64,000 bases of DNA from Oculina patagonica (GCF_052425735.1 NC_135760.1:9300001-9364000), one strand, 5' to 3'. Shown: positions 22,601 through 34,336, numbered from the stretch's first letter. The notes: generated by a model from the sequence alone, not told the origin. Translations and numbers: made by a program.

Positions 22601-25272
22601 CAATGATCTTCCGTGGGGTGGGTATGGATAAGTTTTCTAGAACTGCACATTCGCCATCCATTTCTTTTAGTATTTCTCTGTGTTCATCTTAAAGTGTCTT
22701 AAGTTTAATCCTTAACGTATTTAGATCATTGTCAGGTCATTATGCAGTGTATACCTGGGCCGGGTTGTTCAAAGCACGATTAAGCTAATCCAGGATTAGT
22801 GTGAAGTTTGATTTCAGTTTTTTAACTTCTCATTGAGGTTTTCTGTTTATATTTCTGTCCTCCATTTTTGACATCGACTAATCTCAAGCTCCACAAAACA
22901 TAAGCAATAAAAACACTTTTATCCACGAGAAATTGAACCCTGGATAAACTTTTAATCCTGGGTTAGTGTTAATCGGCTTTCGAACAACCCGGCCCTGGTA
23001 AAAGTTATAACATATTTTATTTTCATATCATAGACATATATGCCTTGTCTGAACCTTCACTCTTTTTATGTTTAAAAAAGAATCCAATGGCGACTTTCTG
23101 GAGTCAGGTGGCCGTGCTGGAACAAGGGGGAGTAATGAATCAGTAAACGCTGTGACTGTTAACGCAGAAACAAATGACATCAATCGGGAAAACACAATCG
23201 CACATCATTCTCACCACACACTATCAGGTAGGGTGTGTAATTATCACAATAAGTAATATTTATTCACACTGTATTAAGGCAATATTTCTATTTCTTGCAG
23301 ATGCTCTTATTGCAAGCGAAAATACCTTGCTTGCTGCAGCAATTCACAGTGCTCCAATTCCTGCAAGAGAGGAGTTCACATGTTCAGGTATTTATAATAA
23401 ACCAGATTTTTAAAGTTAGTAAGTAATTAAGATTCTTCATCAGTTGAAGTCAATTATTTAGTCAGTCAGTCAGCTAGCCAGTCGGTTGGTCAGTATGTCA
23501 GTCAGTCATTCAGTCAGTCAGTTAGACAGTCAAACATTTAGTCAGTCAGTCAGACAGTCAGTCAATCGGTCAGTCAGTCAGTTAGTTAGTGTGTAGTAGA
23601 AGAAGGAGGAGGGGGAGGGGGGTGGGAGGTCGGGTGACAGGTAGTAGGACAATGAGTCAGAGTAGTAGGTGGCCGGGTTAGTAGTAGTAGCTAGCGTCGG
23701 TTGTGATGTAGTAGTCTAGTAGTAGGACAGTCACAGTAGTAGAGACAGTAGTCATCGGTCAGTCAGTCAGTTAGTCAGTCAGTCAGTCAGTCAATCAGAC
23801 AGTCGGTTCGTCAGTCAGACAATCAGTCAATCAGTTGGACAGTCAGTCAGTCAGACAGAGAGACAGTCGGTCAGTTGGTAGTCAGTCAGTCAGTCAGTAG
23901 GTTAATCAGTCAGACAGTCAGTCGGTCAGACAGTCAGTCAGTCAGACAGTAATCAGTAGTCACTCAGTTGGTTAATCAGTCAGTCAGACAGAAGAAGAGT
24001 AGTAGAGAGTAGACAGCGAGAGAGACAGAGTAGTAGTAGAGAGAGTAGAGAGTAAGGAAGTAAGAGTGAGAGTGGGGAGTAGAAGTAGAGAAGACAGAGT
24101 AGTAGAGAGACGGTAGTAGTAGAGTAGTGAGTAGACAGCGGGAGAGACAGTAAGTGGAGTAGTAGTAGAAGAGAGAAGCGTAGGTGTAGAGTGAGGAGTA
24201 GTAGACAGTCAGTCAGTCAATCAGTTAGTCAGTCAGTCAGTTAGTCAGTCAGTTAGTCAGTCAGTCAGTCAGACAGTTGGTCAGTCAGTCAGTCAGTCAA
24301 TCAGTCAGTCAGAGAGTCCATAAGTCAGTCAATCGGTCAGTCAGTCAGTCAGTCAGTTAGTCATCGGGTGGCAACTTCATAATCTGTGTCAAAATTAATT
24401 TAATGTACGATTTATCAGTAGCATTGAAAAAGTATGATTCATGCCTCTTTGTTTTTTTAAAAAATTAGAACTACTGTATTTAATAACTATATGGAACGAC
24501 AGTGAGTATTCACTCATAGAAAGCTCGAGCTTTTAGTCTAGGGCTCGAGACTAACTTTTTTTGCTAACTAGCCTAGTGGCTAGTGACACCTTTGATTTCA
24601 CTAGCCAAAACCAATATTCTACTAGCCAGAACTTTCAAGCATGGTTTTCTTTTCTTTTTTCTCCCAAGCCAGCGGAGACAAAAGACAGCGACAAATCGGA
24701 CAAAATAGGTTTATCTTCCCAAATCCATGGAAAGTCTGTGCTCCACGAAGACAAAAACTTGCGTTTTCATGGAGGCACTTTGCTGTCTTCATTGGGTCTT
24801 CTCCTCGCTTTTTTGCTCCTACCCACTACAGAATAATCTCGGGTATCAACGTAACCGAATCTCAAATGTGTACATGAAAGCTAATTTGAAAGCGTTCACG
24901 TACGCGGCCTCTCCCCCTCGTTGTTCGTGCAATCTTACGCGATCACTGATTAACGTTACAACCTACATGTACACATAATGTTCGATTTCCCAGGCCGGCT
25001 AATAATTAGCAGAAACAGTTTTCTTTCACTTGTTGCTTTCGAGACCGGAAAGTCCTAAAAGAAGCTATCAATGATCGTTTGTTCCCTTTTCTGTAACTTT
25101 AGCTTGTCCATATTCTTTGATATATGTCAACAGTGTACTTGTTAGTTTTGTTCTCTTAGAGTCATTTCAATTTGCGTTTTTTTTTTTACAAAACTGCCTG
25201 AAATTTTCACTAGCCATTTTGGCTAGTGAAAGTCCAAAACCTACTAGCCAAAACTGCATTTCTACTAGCCTT

Positions 25273-25305
<33 letters not shown>

Positions 25306-28300
25306 AATTTTAGTTTTTATTATTATTGGGTACTGTTAGAAACGTTGTAATAATAATGAACTTTATTAGTTAATGTGATACTCTTGTAATAAAGTTAATG
25401 TTAATCATGTCTATTTTGTTTCTGTTTGTTTCTTTTTCCCAGATGAAGACTTACCTCTTCTGGGTGGAAAACGTAAAGTTCGTGCATGGAGAAAATTTTT
25501 GCAGGGCCTGGAACCCATCGATCGAGAAGACTGGTGTAATAGCAACTTTTTCTGGAAATTCTTTATGATTGTAAAGGTACGAACTTCCTTATTAGTCCGG
25601 CGAAGAGACTCCCATATTAATAGGGCGGGGATGTTCATCCAAAATTGTGAAAAGAACCCCTAAAAAAGACCAAACTGGGCGTAGCTGAAGCTCTCTTCAA
25701 CCCCTAAAAGATACCAAAGTATAACGAGCGGTCCGTACGAACAGTGTAGTGTTTGAGAGAGTTGTCACGTGACTCGTCACCAGTCGAGCATGTATGTCTG
25801 GCAATTGTCAGACGAGACACGTCTGTCATGTTATTTGAGAACATGATCTGTCTAAAGAAGAATTTCACCCAACACGTTCACAGCGGTTTTTCATATCTTG
25901 CAGTAAATAAGGGAGGTAGTTAATGGCATCACTTGGCAAACTATTGATTTTGTTTAAAAAAAACTTAAGCACATCACCTCAGTGACTAAAGAAGGTAGCT
26001 TACTTACTGAAAATAATTCGAGTCATCCTGCTACGTTCTTTAATAACGTGATCTGTCTAAAGAAGAATTTCCCCCAACACATTGAAAACGGTTTATCAGA
26101 TCTTGCAGTGACTAAGGGAGGTAGCTAGTTAAATGGCATCACTTAGCAAACTATAAATTTTGTTAAAAAAAAAACTTAAGCACATCACCTCAGTGACTAA
26201 AGAAGGTAGCTTTTGTACAGAAAATAATTCGAGTCAGCCTTGTGACATTCTTCAATTATGATGTCCGTATGAACTTGCTGCCTGGCTGACGTCACATCAA
26301 GCTAATATTTTAATCACTCACTGCTAGTTAGTGTGACGTTTATCCTTTATAAGTTTTAAATGTCCTCTCATTTCACTTCCGGTATTTCCGGAATCCATTC
26401 AACTTGCGCGACTACTCCCGTGAATCTGTTGCCATCTCACAAAGTTGGGCACTGGCTATAAGTTTGTTATCAGTTTATTTTGACGCAGTACATTTATCTT
26501 ATGTTGCGATGACATTTTCCCTATAAACTGCCCAGAGCTCAAATAATTATATTAATCTCTTACTGCTAGCTTGCGTGACGTGTATCCTTTATAAGTTTTA
26601 AATGTCCTCTCATTTTACTGCCGGTATCTCCGGAATCCACTTAGAAGTCTTACATCAAGTATTTTGTTTGCGTTATTACTCGCGCGAATCTGTTAATATC
26701 TCACGGAGTTGTACACTGGCTTTAAGTTTTTTTTATCAGTTTATGTTGGTGAAGTACATTTATCTCATGTTGCGAGTACCTTCTTTCCCTCAATTAATTG
26801 CCCGGAGCGCGTTCGAGCCTTGTCGCGAATTTTTTTATCCATTGCTTTAATTACCTTATTATAGGAATATAACGAGGCATTTTAACAACGCGAACAAAAT
26901 TTACGCGTAATAAAATTAACGCGAATTTAGGAAAAGTTCTGGTCAAATGCTTATAGTAAAAAAGTTAACATACATAAAATTAACGCGAATTTTTGAAATT
27001 CGCGTTTATAACATGTATCGTTAATTTCCTATAATAAGGTAGAACATTCGTGGACAATAACAAGCCAGTTCCGGTCTAATTTGCATATGTGTGTCTACGT
27101 GCTTGTTCCACTTGGCCTGTGTACAGCCGTCCCGCTCCGCTCAAAAAAATCGCGGAAAGGGCAACGGCTAGTTACACTTGACCGCGCAATTTGTTTACAT
27201 CTGGCGTAGCGTTCGCTTCCCCACTAAACTAACTCCATTAGTGTAGTGTACAAACACTACACTAAAAAATGGAATTTATTGTTATACAGTTTGTATGGTG
27301 CAACCCTAAACGAGACCTTGACAGCTAAAAATATTGGAATTTTTCGCAGAACACCCTATAAAGTGAGACCAAAAATCCGAACTTTACACCCCTAAGCGAG
27401 GCGACAGGCATCCCCGCCCTTTTCACATCCCCCCCCCCCCCCCCCCACCCAGGCTTGTTAGTTTCAGGCAAGATCAAAAAACGTCATCAGTATGTTATTT
27501 TTCAGGTGGAGTATTTGAGCGCTTTCCATTTGTGTGGAAAAACTTGTGAGAATTTTCTGGCAAATTGAACAGTTCAATTTTTCAACAAACCAGTGTTACG
27601 GGACGAGTGTGTTTCCAGTGAAAAGGACCGTTCCATTTCATTTCTCACCGCAATAGCCGCGTATTTCAACGAGGAGCATGGTAATAAAAAAGGTAGAGTG
27701 ATGTTCCGAGAATTCCAGTAAAAACAAGAAAAGAGGAGGAAGGAACTCATGGTTTCTCCAAACAAATGGCAAGCACCCTTTATCTCATACCCCTACCTCC
27801 CAATACCACATACACAGTGGGATCAAGGTACAAGTTCATCCTTTGTGATGGGGGGGGGGGGGATGCGGAAAGAAATTGAACCTCTGTTCACTGAGGCTCA
27901 TGTTTTGTTTGCAGGCTCCTGCAGTATTTTGTCTTAATCTCACTGTACCAGTTGTGGATTACGGCAAAGAGAATCATAACTGGAACAAGTGGCTGAACGT
28001 CCTGCACTGCATAACAATGCCGGTCTTTGGTGTCATGGCAACACAAGGTAAGTACCTTGTGTAAACATTTACCGTAATAACATGCTCGTCAAATAATGTC
28101 AAACACTTCTGTTCTGCCGAGAGACTCGACGTTCTGGATGAGAAAGAGTTGATGTTGGCCGAAAAGTTAAAGTGCTAAACTACCTGCAGACAAGGCAGAT
28201 ATAATGTTGTAAAGGACATTTGTGTATTCTTTGTGTAATACTGCTATTTTATTTCACAAATAACTTTACAGCATGGGTTCCTAGATCTTTGATATGACCG

Positions 28301-31300
28301 AAATAAATTCCATTTTTATTGGCACTCGGAATTGAATTAAGATTGCATTTGTGTTTAAGTATAGTGGTCTCGATATAACCGTAAACGAACTCGTGGATAC
28401 GAATCTCATACAACGAACAAGCCTTGTCGAAGCGGACGTTTTACCAGAATTGTTTGCAACGTATATGACAAACATCGGATGCAATCCATCATTTTTATTT
28501 TCGACCGTTTTGTTCATTATATCGAGTTCGGTTCAACGGACTATGTACCCATACATTCCGGATCATATTGTCTTTACGCAAAAATTCCAATAGCATTCCT
28601 CTCTTGCAAAATCGTAAATTAGTGATGTATATGTATTCTGTAACTTCCAGTTCGTGGGAAAAGACAAACTGATTGGGTGTTTTTAAAAAGAATAATAACC
28701 TTGGTTCGATATTTTCTCGTAGCCGGTGAGCGTTTTCCTGCATGGGCGTTGGCGCTTTTAATTTGTGGAGGAATAGCTCTAGCTGTGATTGTTGCCATGA
28801 CAACTAGAAGTGACAAGCAGCCTTGTGGTCATTTTGTAAGTACTCCACAAGAATAACTTTAAGGGATCGAGGCAAAAACATAATTCAAATAGAGGTTGTT
28901 GAGACGCACAAATTTTAGTGCGTTTGCCCGGACTGTTGATCAAGAGATCTGGGGACGAACCTTTCTTGTGTTTATTACAAGACATTTATTCTCGTAGTGC
29001 CTCTTTACTCATTTGTTCAAATTAGTATCGAAAAACTGTTTCGATGGGCAAGCATCCCATGTAGGAAGGAGTAGCAATACGACTGGTCCCTGCTGTCCAA
29101 ATGACGAATACTGCTAACCATGGGATATTTAATACATACTAAAACGGTGGATAGCGCTTTTGGCGCGCGCTGATTGGCTACTCAAACTCGGAATATCCTT
29201 TGCTATTCACCTCCGAGCAACGCACGCGAGAAAATTGTACTGTTTGAAGGGAAAAAACTAGTCAAAAATCATTCTTTCGGATTCACCTCAGTGTCGGTGG
29301 CTATTGGTGGATATTAACCGAGCCGCGAAGCTGCTCGGCAAATATCCACCACTAGCCACGGTAAGCCACCTCCACTTTGGTGAATAGTTGTTAACTGCTC
29401 TTTGAACAACCGATGTTACAGGCCACAGTACTTTTTTTTCTTTTTTTTTTACAGTTTGATAACCACCAAAGTGTTTAACATTTCAGTGCCATTTATAAAA
29501 TATGTATGTTTTATATTGACGCGCTTCATTCTCTCTCTAGCTATTTGCCTACGTGGCGTTCGTGGTATCAGTAATCTGGATCTACGCCACAGCAAACGAG
29601 ATTGTTAACCTGCTTCAGGTACAGTTGTTGGTGTGAAATAGTGTGTTTACCCTCTTGAAGCAGTTGTTTACTGAACTATCTATTATTACCTAGTCAATTG
29701 CACATTTAAACCCCGCAGTCAGTTAAAGGAGAAGATTTTTTAATGGTACATTTCTTTCATTCTCGTACCCAGAGCTGCTTGTCCCTCTTGATTGGCTAGA
29801 TTTTTAACAGAAAAGAATTTGAATCTAGCCAGTCAAGTCAACCGTAGCAAAATGTCTTACAACAAAGGGATTTTAAAATGGTTGATTTGATTTGCTAAAT
29901 TTAAATTTCCTTTGTTGAGGATCTAGCCAATCAAATCACGTGTCCCCAGAGCCACTTGTTTCTCGTGCCCCAGGCTCAGCCGCCTAGAGGGACAAGAGGT
30001 TCTCGGAACGAGAATGCTTTTTTTTTTCAAGATAACTTCATTAAAGTTGTGTCAATCATGTTGTTTTGTAGACGTTTGGAATCGCGTTTGGCTTGAGCGA
30101 CGCAATTCTTGGCCTCACTTTTCTTGCCTGGGGTAACAGTATTGGTGGTGAGTTTTGCATCTTTCTCAATCTTAGTAGGCGACTGGGGGGGGGGGGGGGG
30201 CAGTCCGTCTTTTCCCTTAGCTCGCTGAGGTAAAGGTAAAGTCTGCTTTCGAGCCAGATGGCCCATCAGGCCAGAGCTTATCCTGGTTTCAGTAGCATGA
30301 AGCGACTAGGAGTATTTTTACTCCCCCTAGATGGGATGCTAGTCCATCGCAGGGTTAGCCTCAGCATTAAATTTGGCGGTACCCATTTATACACCTTGGT
30401 GGAGAGAGGCACTGTGAGAGTTAAGTGTCTTGCCCAAGAACACAACAGTGACTCCGGCCAAGGCTCGAACCCGGACCGAAAAACATTGCGCTTCAAAGTT
30501 CCTAATTCCCGAGCCTCTCACCCCAACCCAACGCTGTCATGTTTTGATCTCGCTTTTTCCTTTTCGCCCTAAACTCATTAATAATCATGAAGTGAAAACA
30601 AAGAAAATTATAACAGTGAAGGAGGTTTGGATACCCGGTCTTAATTAGCATAGATATTTGCGATTTTAGTTCTCCGTTTACTCCGTAGTTTTTGTTTCGA
30701 TTGAGAAGATTTATCAAGCACTCAAGGCTGTGTTCATCGGCTACCCAAACACCTCGAATTTCGTCAAAAATACTCCGCTGCGCGTCGTATTTTCAACTCT
30801 CTCCTCTGTGTTTGGATATCCCGATGAAACACTGTCTCTTGTGTTTAAAATATTACTTCTTGAGCACGCAAACAACTGAGGAAAACGACGAACTGCTCGT
30901 AAATCTACCGACATGCAAGAGAAAACTTACGCTTGTTTTATTTTTCAGATCTTGTGTCAAGCATAGCTATGGCAAGACAAGGATTTTCTCGCATGGCCGT
31001 GTCAGCTTGCATTGGATTTCCTTTGCTCAGTATCCTTTGATATTAATCAGTGATACACTGATTCAATTCTCTTTACCTTTTTTGTAAAAAAGAGTCCAAC
31101 TTGTGTAAATCGAAAGCGGTACTACGCCAGTTTCTTATAAGATGTTTTGAGTCAGATTTAAATTGTACCCTACCTGGAATAGAATCTGTTCGTATAGGTA
31201 TGTTTGAAGTCAAAGCAAAATCGTCTTTGTTCACGAGAGAAAGACACGACAAACATGGGCTTTTGCAAGAATCGGTCACTTGTTGGAAATCATAAGAATG

Positions 31301-32560
31301 TGACAGTCTCTAAAAAAAAGCCACTTCAACCAGTGAAGTTTAAGACTTCTTTGTTTTGGATGTTCCAAATGCTTACAGCTTGCCATCCATGGTGGCGGAC
31401 TTTGCACCATGTAATCGTTTATTCCAAAAGGCCCATTCTAAACTTGGCAACTCAGCGTCGTAAAAATGTTTAAATCAAAGTAGTAGGCTATAGGAGCGTG
31501 TGCAGTAAAATTTATCTTGTGAGGCTCTTTTTTCCAAGCTCTTGCGTGATGATTCAAAACTTGCCAGACTGAACGGTCGGCAGAGGCATTTGTTTGAGGT
31601 TTGTTTGTGGTACGTTATGGAGTGAAAGAGCTTTCTTTCTTAACTTTTCACCAGATATGTTGTTAGGTATCGGTATATCATGCACTGTTGCCACGGTGTC
31701 ACGTGGACATGCAATACCGGTATGTATATCTGTGTCTGCTTTAGCCTTTTCACAGCCTTTTATTTTCTCGTATTTTTGTTCGACCTTTAAACGCGCGAAA
31801 AGAATCGCAAGAGAACTGGGCACGAGCGCAAAAGAGGAAGCGCGAGGGGTCGACCGCGGTCAAACGATAGAAATATGCAAAAAATAAGAAAGGTACTTCA
31901 AAGATAAGGTTTTAATTTTCACAGTTCAAATTTCGATACATAACCGGTATCCTGAAGATTTACTACGTTTTTTGGAGCTTTACTAAAAAAGCTCTACGTG
32001 TTTGAAAACAGCGATACCGTATGCGGTCGGCGCCATTTTGTCAAAGCACTTTGGTTCGGATGCGGAACATTAGAAAGTAAAAACACTCGTTTACCTGAGG
32101 AAATGGGAATATGTTTACACTCAGAGGCTATTTTATCTATCCTTGCTCATACTGAAAACTTCATAATGAACGAAATTCCCCGAAATAGAAAGTAAAGCTG
32201 CCTGAGACGTTTGACCGCGGTGAACGCGAGGGGTAGGGACTAGGGATAGGGCACTAGACCCCACCCTTGCTTTCCACGTTTGCTGTTTTCAGTAGACGTC
32301 TGCTTTAGAGAGGAGTTCCATAAGTAAGAGTTCAATACAACATGCTAACACCTTTTTTTGTCATTATCTCTGTCCAGTTACGTCACAGATATCACCAGTA
32401 CCAGATCTCCGCGGGATTTCTAGCCGCTAGTCTCAGCTCGTCCGCCATCTTAATTCCTTTAATGGGATTCAAAGTACCCCGGATGTACGGCGTGTACTTA
32501 ATAGTTTTATACGTAGCTTACTTGGCGGTGTCTATAGCATGCGAGTTTAAACATATTTAA
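7652..32560 (+). CDS. SLC8B1: NCLX-type Na+/Li+/Ca2+ exchanger (CCX/SLC8B1 family), tandem copy 1, 17 exons, ~671 aa
   Basis: Manually spliced exons 7652-7900, 12649-12807, 13907-13959, 14380-14437, 17196-17310, 18433-18600, 19697-19813, 23081-23227, 23301-23387, 25443-25576, 27915-28047, 28723-28835, 29541-29618, 30072-30147, 30949-31029, 31655-31719, 32378-32560 (2016 nt, consistent phases, GT-AG). Has the Cys-rich N-terminal segment (C..RCHFVKSTESC..YC), alpha1 AGVTFLAFGNGAPDIFS, TVPVVD..NWNKWLN and alpha2 GLTFLAWGNSIGD..ARQG, all typical of NCLX. Confidence 0.93.
8460..8872 (+). repeat. 105-bp tandem subterminal repeats of the Ulp1 element
   Basis: gactctacctgtttaagactgttatagactg recurs at 8559, 8664 and 8769, with partial units upstream. 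Confidence 0.9.
9301..10030 (-). repeat. Stack of degenerate tRNA-derived SINE heads (5-7 copies)
   Basis: Minus-strand units such as tgtggcctagcggt..ctggtcttgtaatccgggggtcccggattcaagt..ttacca with A-box/B-box-like motifs at ~9376-9452, 9480-9555, 9596-9635, 9705-9778 and 9805-9870. Confidence 0.72.
10026..10913 (-). CDS. Ulp1-like (C48 SUMO/NEDD8) cysteine protease + C-terminal PHD finger, transposon-borne, probably 5'-truncated
   Basis: WLNDKIM..SHWLTL..IYDS..HQ..DTCGLHAIANA (His-Asp-Gln-Cys catalytic set), then C4HC3 PHD (CSC..CTGC..WFHPEC..YCKGC). The frame is open from ~10997 with no ATG ahead of the protease domain. Confidence 0.82.
   Translation of the reverse strand: MEDEAQKDNSVLSKTLEPGEDEDIADNERPDGRVWLKISGIDLRLEEKEILQHRTAWLNDKIMDAAQILMRRQFPYISGFDTVLKASNLSYDPCPTNPFIQIVNRTSIAGTGSHWLTLSTLDCKRGKEVKIYDSAYTSVSFDTQESICNLLRYGRPPLKNDKITMLIMDADHQGTNEDDTCGLHAIANALSLALGKDPTLISYDEGAMRQHLFNCLEEGFLTMFPHRDRTSDHPKGIKERFTLKVFCSCKRPENGYYFQCTGCRVWFHPECQDMSKEDIPEDEDAPVYCKGCTRV
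11110..11825 (+). repeat. 151-bp tandem subterminal repeats of the Ulp1 element
   Basis: aaaatctgacgg recurs at ~11224, ~11375 and ~11526, plus shortened units; rich in CCGTGACGG. Confidence 0.88.
12257..12472. mobile_element. PIF/Harbinger-like MITE
   Basis: TIR TGCACCTATCAATG..TTTGCCCCAG; TTA TSD; absent from copy 2. Confidence 0.8.
13125..13591. mobile_element. MITE (TIR AGGCCAGG.TGCATTCT) with a nested MITE (~13227-13480), inserted in a SINE remnant
   Basis: Outer TIRs at 13125 and ~13575-13591; inner TIR AGGGGT..GAATGGT / ACCATTC..ACCCCT flanked by tctgta. Copy 2 keeps only the left end of the inner element. Confidence 0.7.
14605..16005. mobile_element. Foldback non-autonomous DNA transposon, IS3EU-like termini
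   Basis: ~300-bp TIRs starting TACGGTGGCCCATATAGG; 6-bp TSD GTCTTC; internal ACAACTCGGATTT repeats; absent from copy 2. The family guess rests only on TAC..GTA ends and the 6-bp TSD. Confidence 0.88.
16181..17132. mobile_element. PIF/Harbinger-like non-autonomous element
   Basis: TIR GGGCAATTCCAGAAAATATCCATAC / GTATGGATATTTTCTGGAACTGCCC; 3-bp TSD AAT; absent from copy 2. Confidence 0.85.
17657..17932 (+). mobile_element. tRNA-derived SINE with (TTTA)n tail, shared by both copies (also ~38774-39045)
   Basis: A-box-like TGGTGCAGTGG, B-box-like GTTTGATTCC, simple-repeat tail. Confidence 0.75.
19235..19540. mobile_element. MITE with 8-bp TSD
   Basis: TIR CCCAGG..GGGTACTTGCAGTATACATGACGGGG; TSD CTGCAAGG; absent from copy 2; related element at ~62395-62920. 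Confidence 0.87.
20129..22437 (+). mobile_element. 5'-truncated, frameshifted L1/Tx1-clade non-LTR retrotransposon
   Basis: RT motifs DQTGY..GRYIGENIR, LDFKKAFD, GVRQGCPLS, QYADD; C-terminal CPLC..H..C; AATAAA then poly(A); 15-bp TSD ACAAAGGGGTCCTTA (20114-20128, 22438-22452); empty site in copy 2 at ~41700. Confidence 0.95.
20140..22159 (+). pseudogene. Fragmented ORF2 (reverse transcriptase) of the L1/Tx1 element
   Basis: ORF pieces 20332-21072, 21195-21689 and 21941-22159, plus upstream RT motifs, are interrupted by frameshifts. Confidence 0.9.
23460..24364 (+). repeat. (CAGT)n microsatellite with degenerate AG-rich interior (copy 2 counterpart ~42761-43230)
   Basis: Direct reading. Confidence 0.93.
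24539..25305. mobile_element. hAT-like non-autonomous element
   Basis: TIR (T/C)AGGGCTCGAGACTAAC; imperfect TSD TTTTAGT; absent from copy 2. Confidence 0.8.
25843..26800 (+). repeat. Two consecutive two-copy tandem duplications (~205 bp and ~245 bp) in intron 10, shared with copy 2
   Basis: tgatctgtctaaagaagaattt occurs twice; tatcctttataagttttaaatgtcctctca occurs twice. Confidence 0.8.
26854..27039. mobile_element. TA-target MITE
   Basis: TIR CCTTATTATAGGAA; TA TSD; absent from copy 2. Confidence 0.82.
30229..30478 (-). mobile_element. tRNA-derived SINE in intron 14 (counterpart ~47983-48280)
   Basis: Same body as the 38329-38609 SINE. Confidence 0.78.
31030..31654 (+). other. U12-type intron 15 of NCLX copy 1
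   Basis: Donor GTATCCTTTG; branch-like TTTCTTAAC at 31636-31644, just before CAG. Confidence 0.88.
31851..32224. mobile_element. MITE in intron 16 of copy 1
   Basis: TIR ACCGCGGTCAAACG / CGTTTGACCGCGGT; flanking duplication CGCGAGGGGT; absent from copy 2. Confidence 0.78.
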
Positions 32561-34336
32561 TGGCTGTCAGACCGAACATGAAGGGTAGGGTTTAAGGGTT
32601 GGGTGGGGTAACAGTGTTCGGTTATGACTTCTAGGTTTTAAAAACTATTTTTTATATATATATTTTGCAAAGCAGCTGGGGTCGTGACGTATGGCCTTGT
32701 CTTGGACGTGAGAAAGGCTCCACCGAGAGCCTTTCTGGCAAATCTTTTAGTTAACGACTTACAAAATATTATTTTACAAAGTCGTTAAGGTATTCCCCCA
32801 CACAATCGTTTTGCATGAAGTCGTGAAAGTTGAATGCAAACATCAACTTAAAAAAAATGGCCGTGAGATGAATTTGTGTATAGGTAAAATCTGGTATACA
32901 ATTTATCCTAAAACCATTTTTTCTATTATTGTTTTCAAAATATGAATGACAAGTGTTTGCAGCAATTGATGTAACTCGATCCTTTGGGAGAAACTTAAAA
33001 GTTTGTGGAGCCAAGGGCCTGTTTTTATGAAGAAAAGATGTCCCTAGAAGGATGGCTACCCTCTCCCCCAAGCCATCTTTTATCGAGCGTTTATATGACA
33101 AAAGTTGTCCCTGCTGTCCGAGCCGAAATTTTGGCCATCTTGGTTTCACGCATGCTCAATATGTCCTGACGTGTCCCTAGCAGGCGAGTTATTAAAGCCA
33201 GAGTGTTTACATGGAAGAAAGTTGGCTTGCTCCCCAAGGTCACCCTGCCTTTAAAGCGAGTGACCCTGTACCCAGGGTCACCCTGCCCCCCCCCCCCCCC
33301 CGAATTAACTTAACTTTGCGATTTTCTCACGTAAACATTTTGCTGCTATTTATAGAGAAATGTATGACAAAATCTCTTGTCCGGGATAGCTCAGTATGGA
33401 GGCGTGACCCTTCCACCAGCGAAAATCTTTCTCTCCAAAAACAGGCCCTGAACACTTTTTGAGTTAACTTGCCCAAAGTCACTTAAATTTTTATCAGGTT
33501 ATATTAACACAAAGCAGTAGTTTTTAATACGAAATCAAAAAATGTTGCATTTGTGAAACCTATCAGAACTTGAGTGATATGATCACAATTTTATAAATAG
33601 AAAAATTGTATTTTTGTTAACTTATTCATTCAACTGTCACATTCAAATTGTATCATAGTTTTAATTTAATTCAAATTTCTTACGTAAGGTGAGAATAATT
33701 ACATTGAACATAAGTCTTATGACTTTTTAATCTCAACTTACTAAATAGAATTATTTAAATAGAGTACTTATTATGTACAATTTTAGATCCACGATCGCCA
33801 AATTAATTATTTTTACTTGATACAGTCATTTTTAGAAATTTTACTTGTCTTAACTAAAGTATAAAGTTACTCAACTTTTATAGTTGTTTTATAACCGTTT
33901 CGTCTTGTTTAGATTTTAGAATAGTTTTTAACTTTTGAAAACAAAAAACTAATTAAACTTTCAGCCTCCAAAGGCAAAAAGGTATTGTATGTTAATGTAA
34001 GGTATTTTATCATTAGAGAACTTGTAGTATTGTAAATTAGTGTTTAACATACTTCTTGTTCTAATAAATATTATTAATCTGTCGGAGTTTGTCCAGAGTG
34101 TGTCTGCGTTCATTATAAATAAATATTGCTGCTAGATCTTTCTCTTTCATAAAATCCAAAGAGAGTTCAGTGAGAGGTGAAAGTTCTTCAAATCTATCAT
34201 CAAAGCGGGCGCTCAATAAACGAGCCAGAAGTTTAGTCGATTACCCGTTGAAAATTTAAACTTGTTTTTTGATGAAGGCACAAGATTTGATCAGCTGAGC
34301 TCCTTGATAACTCTAGACGTTGCATTGCGACGACTT

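Larger units (their letters stand above)
7581..34265 (+). repeat. Tandem segmental duplication, unit 1 (homologous to ~34971-52075)
   Basis: Colinear exons, introns and 3' flank. Homology begins at actttgattgatcattgc and ends near cccgttgaaaattt. End coordinates are approximate. Confidence 0.9.

Noticed and set aside
23590-24205. AG-rich cryptic sequence within the (CAGT)n tract
   Set aside because: It looks like low-quality consensus of the microsatellite. The copy 2 counterpart is mostly clean CAGT.
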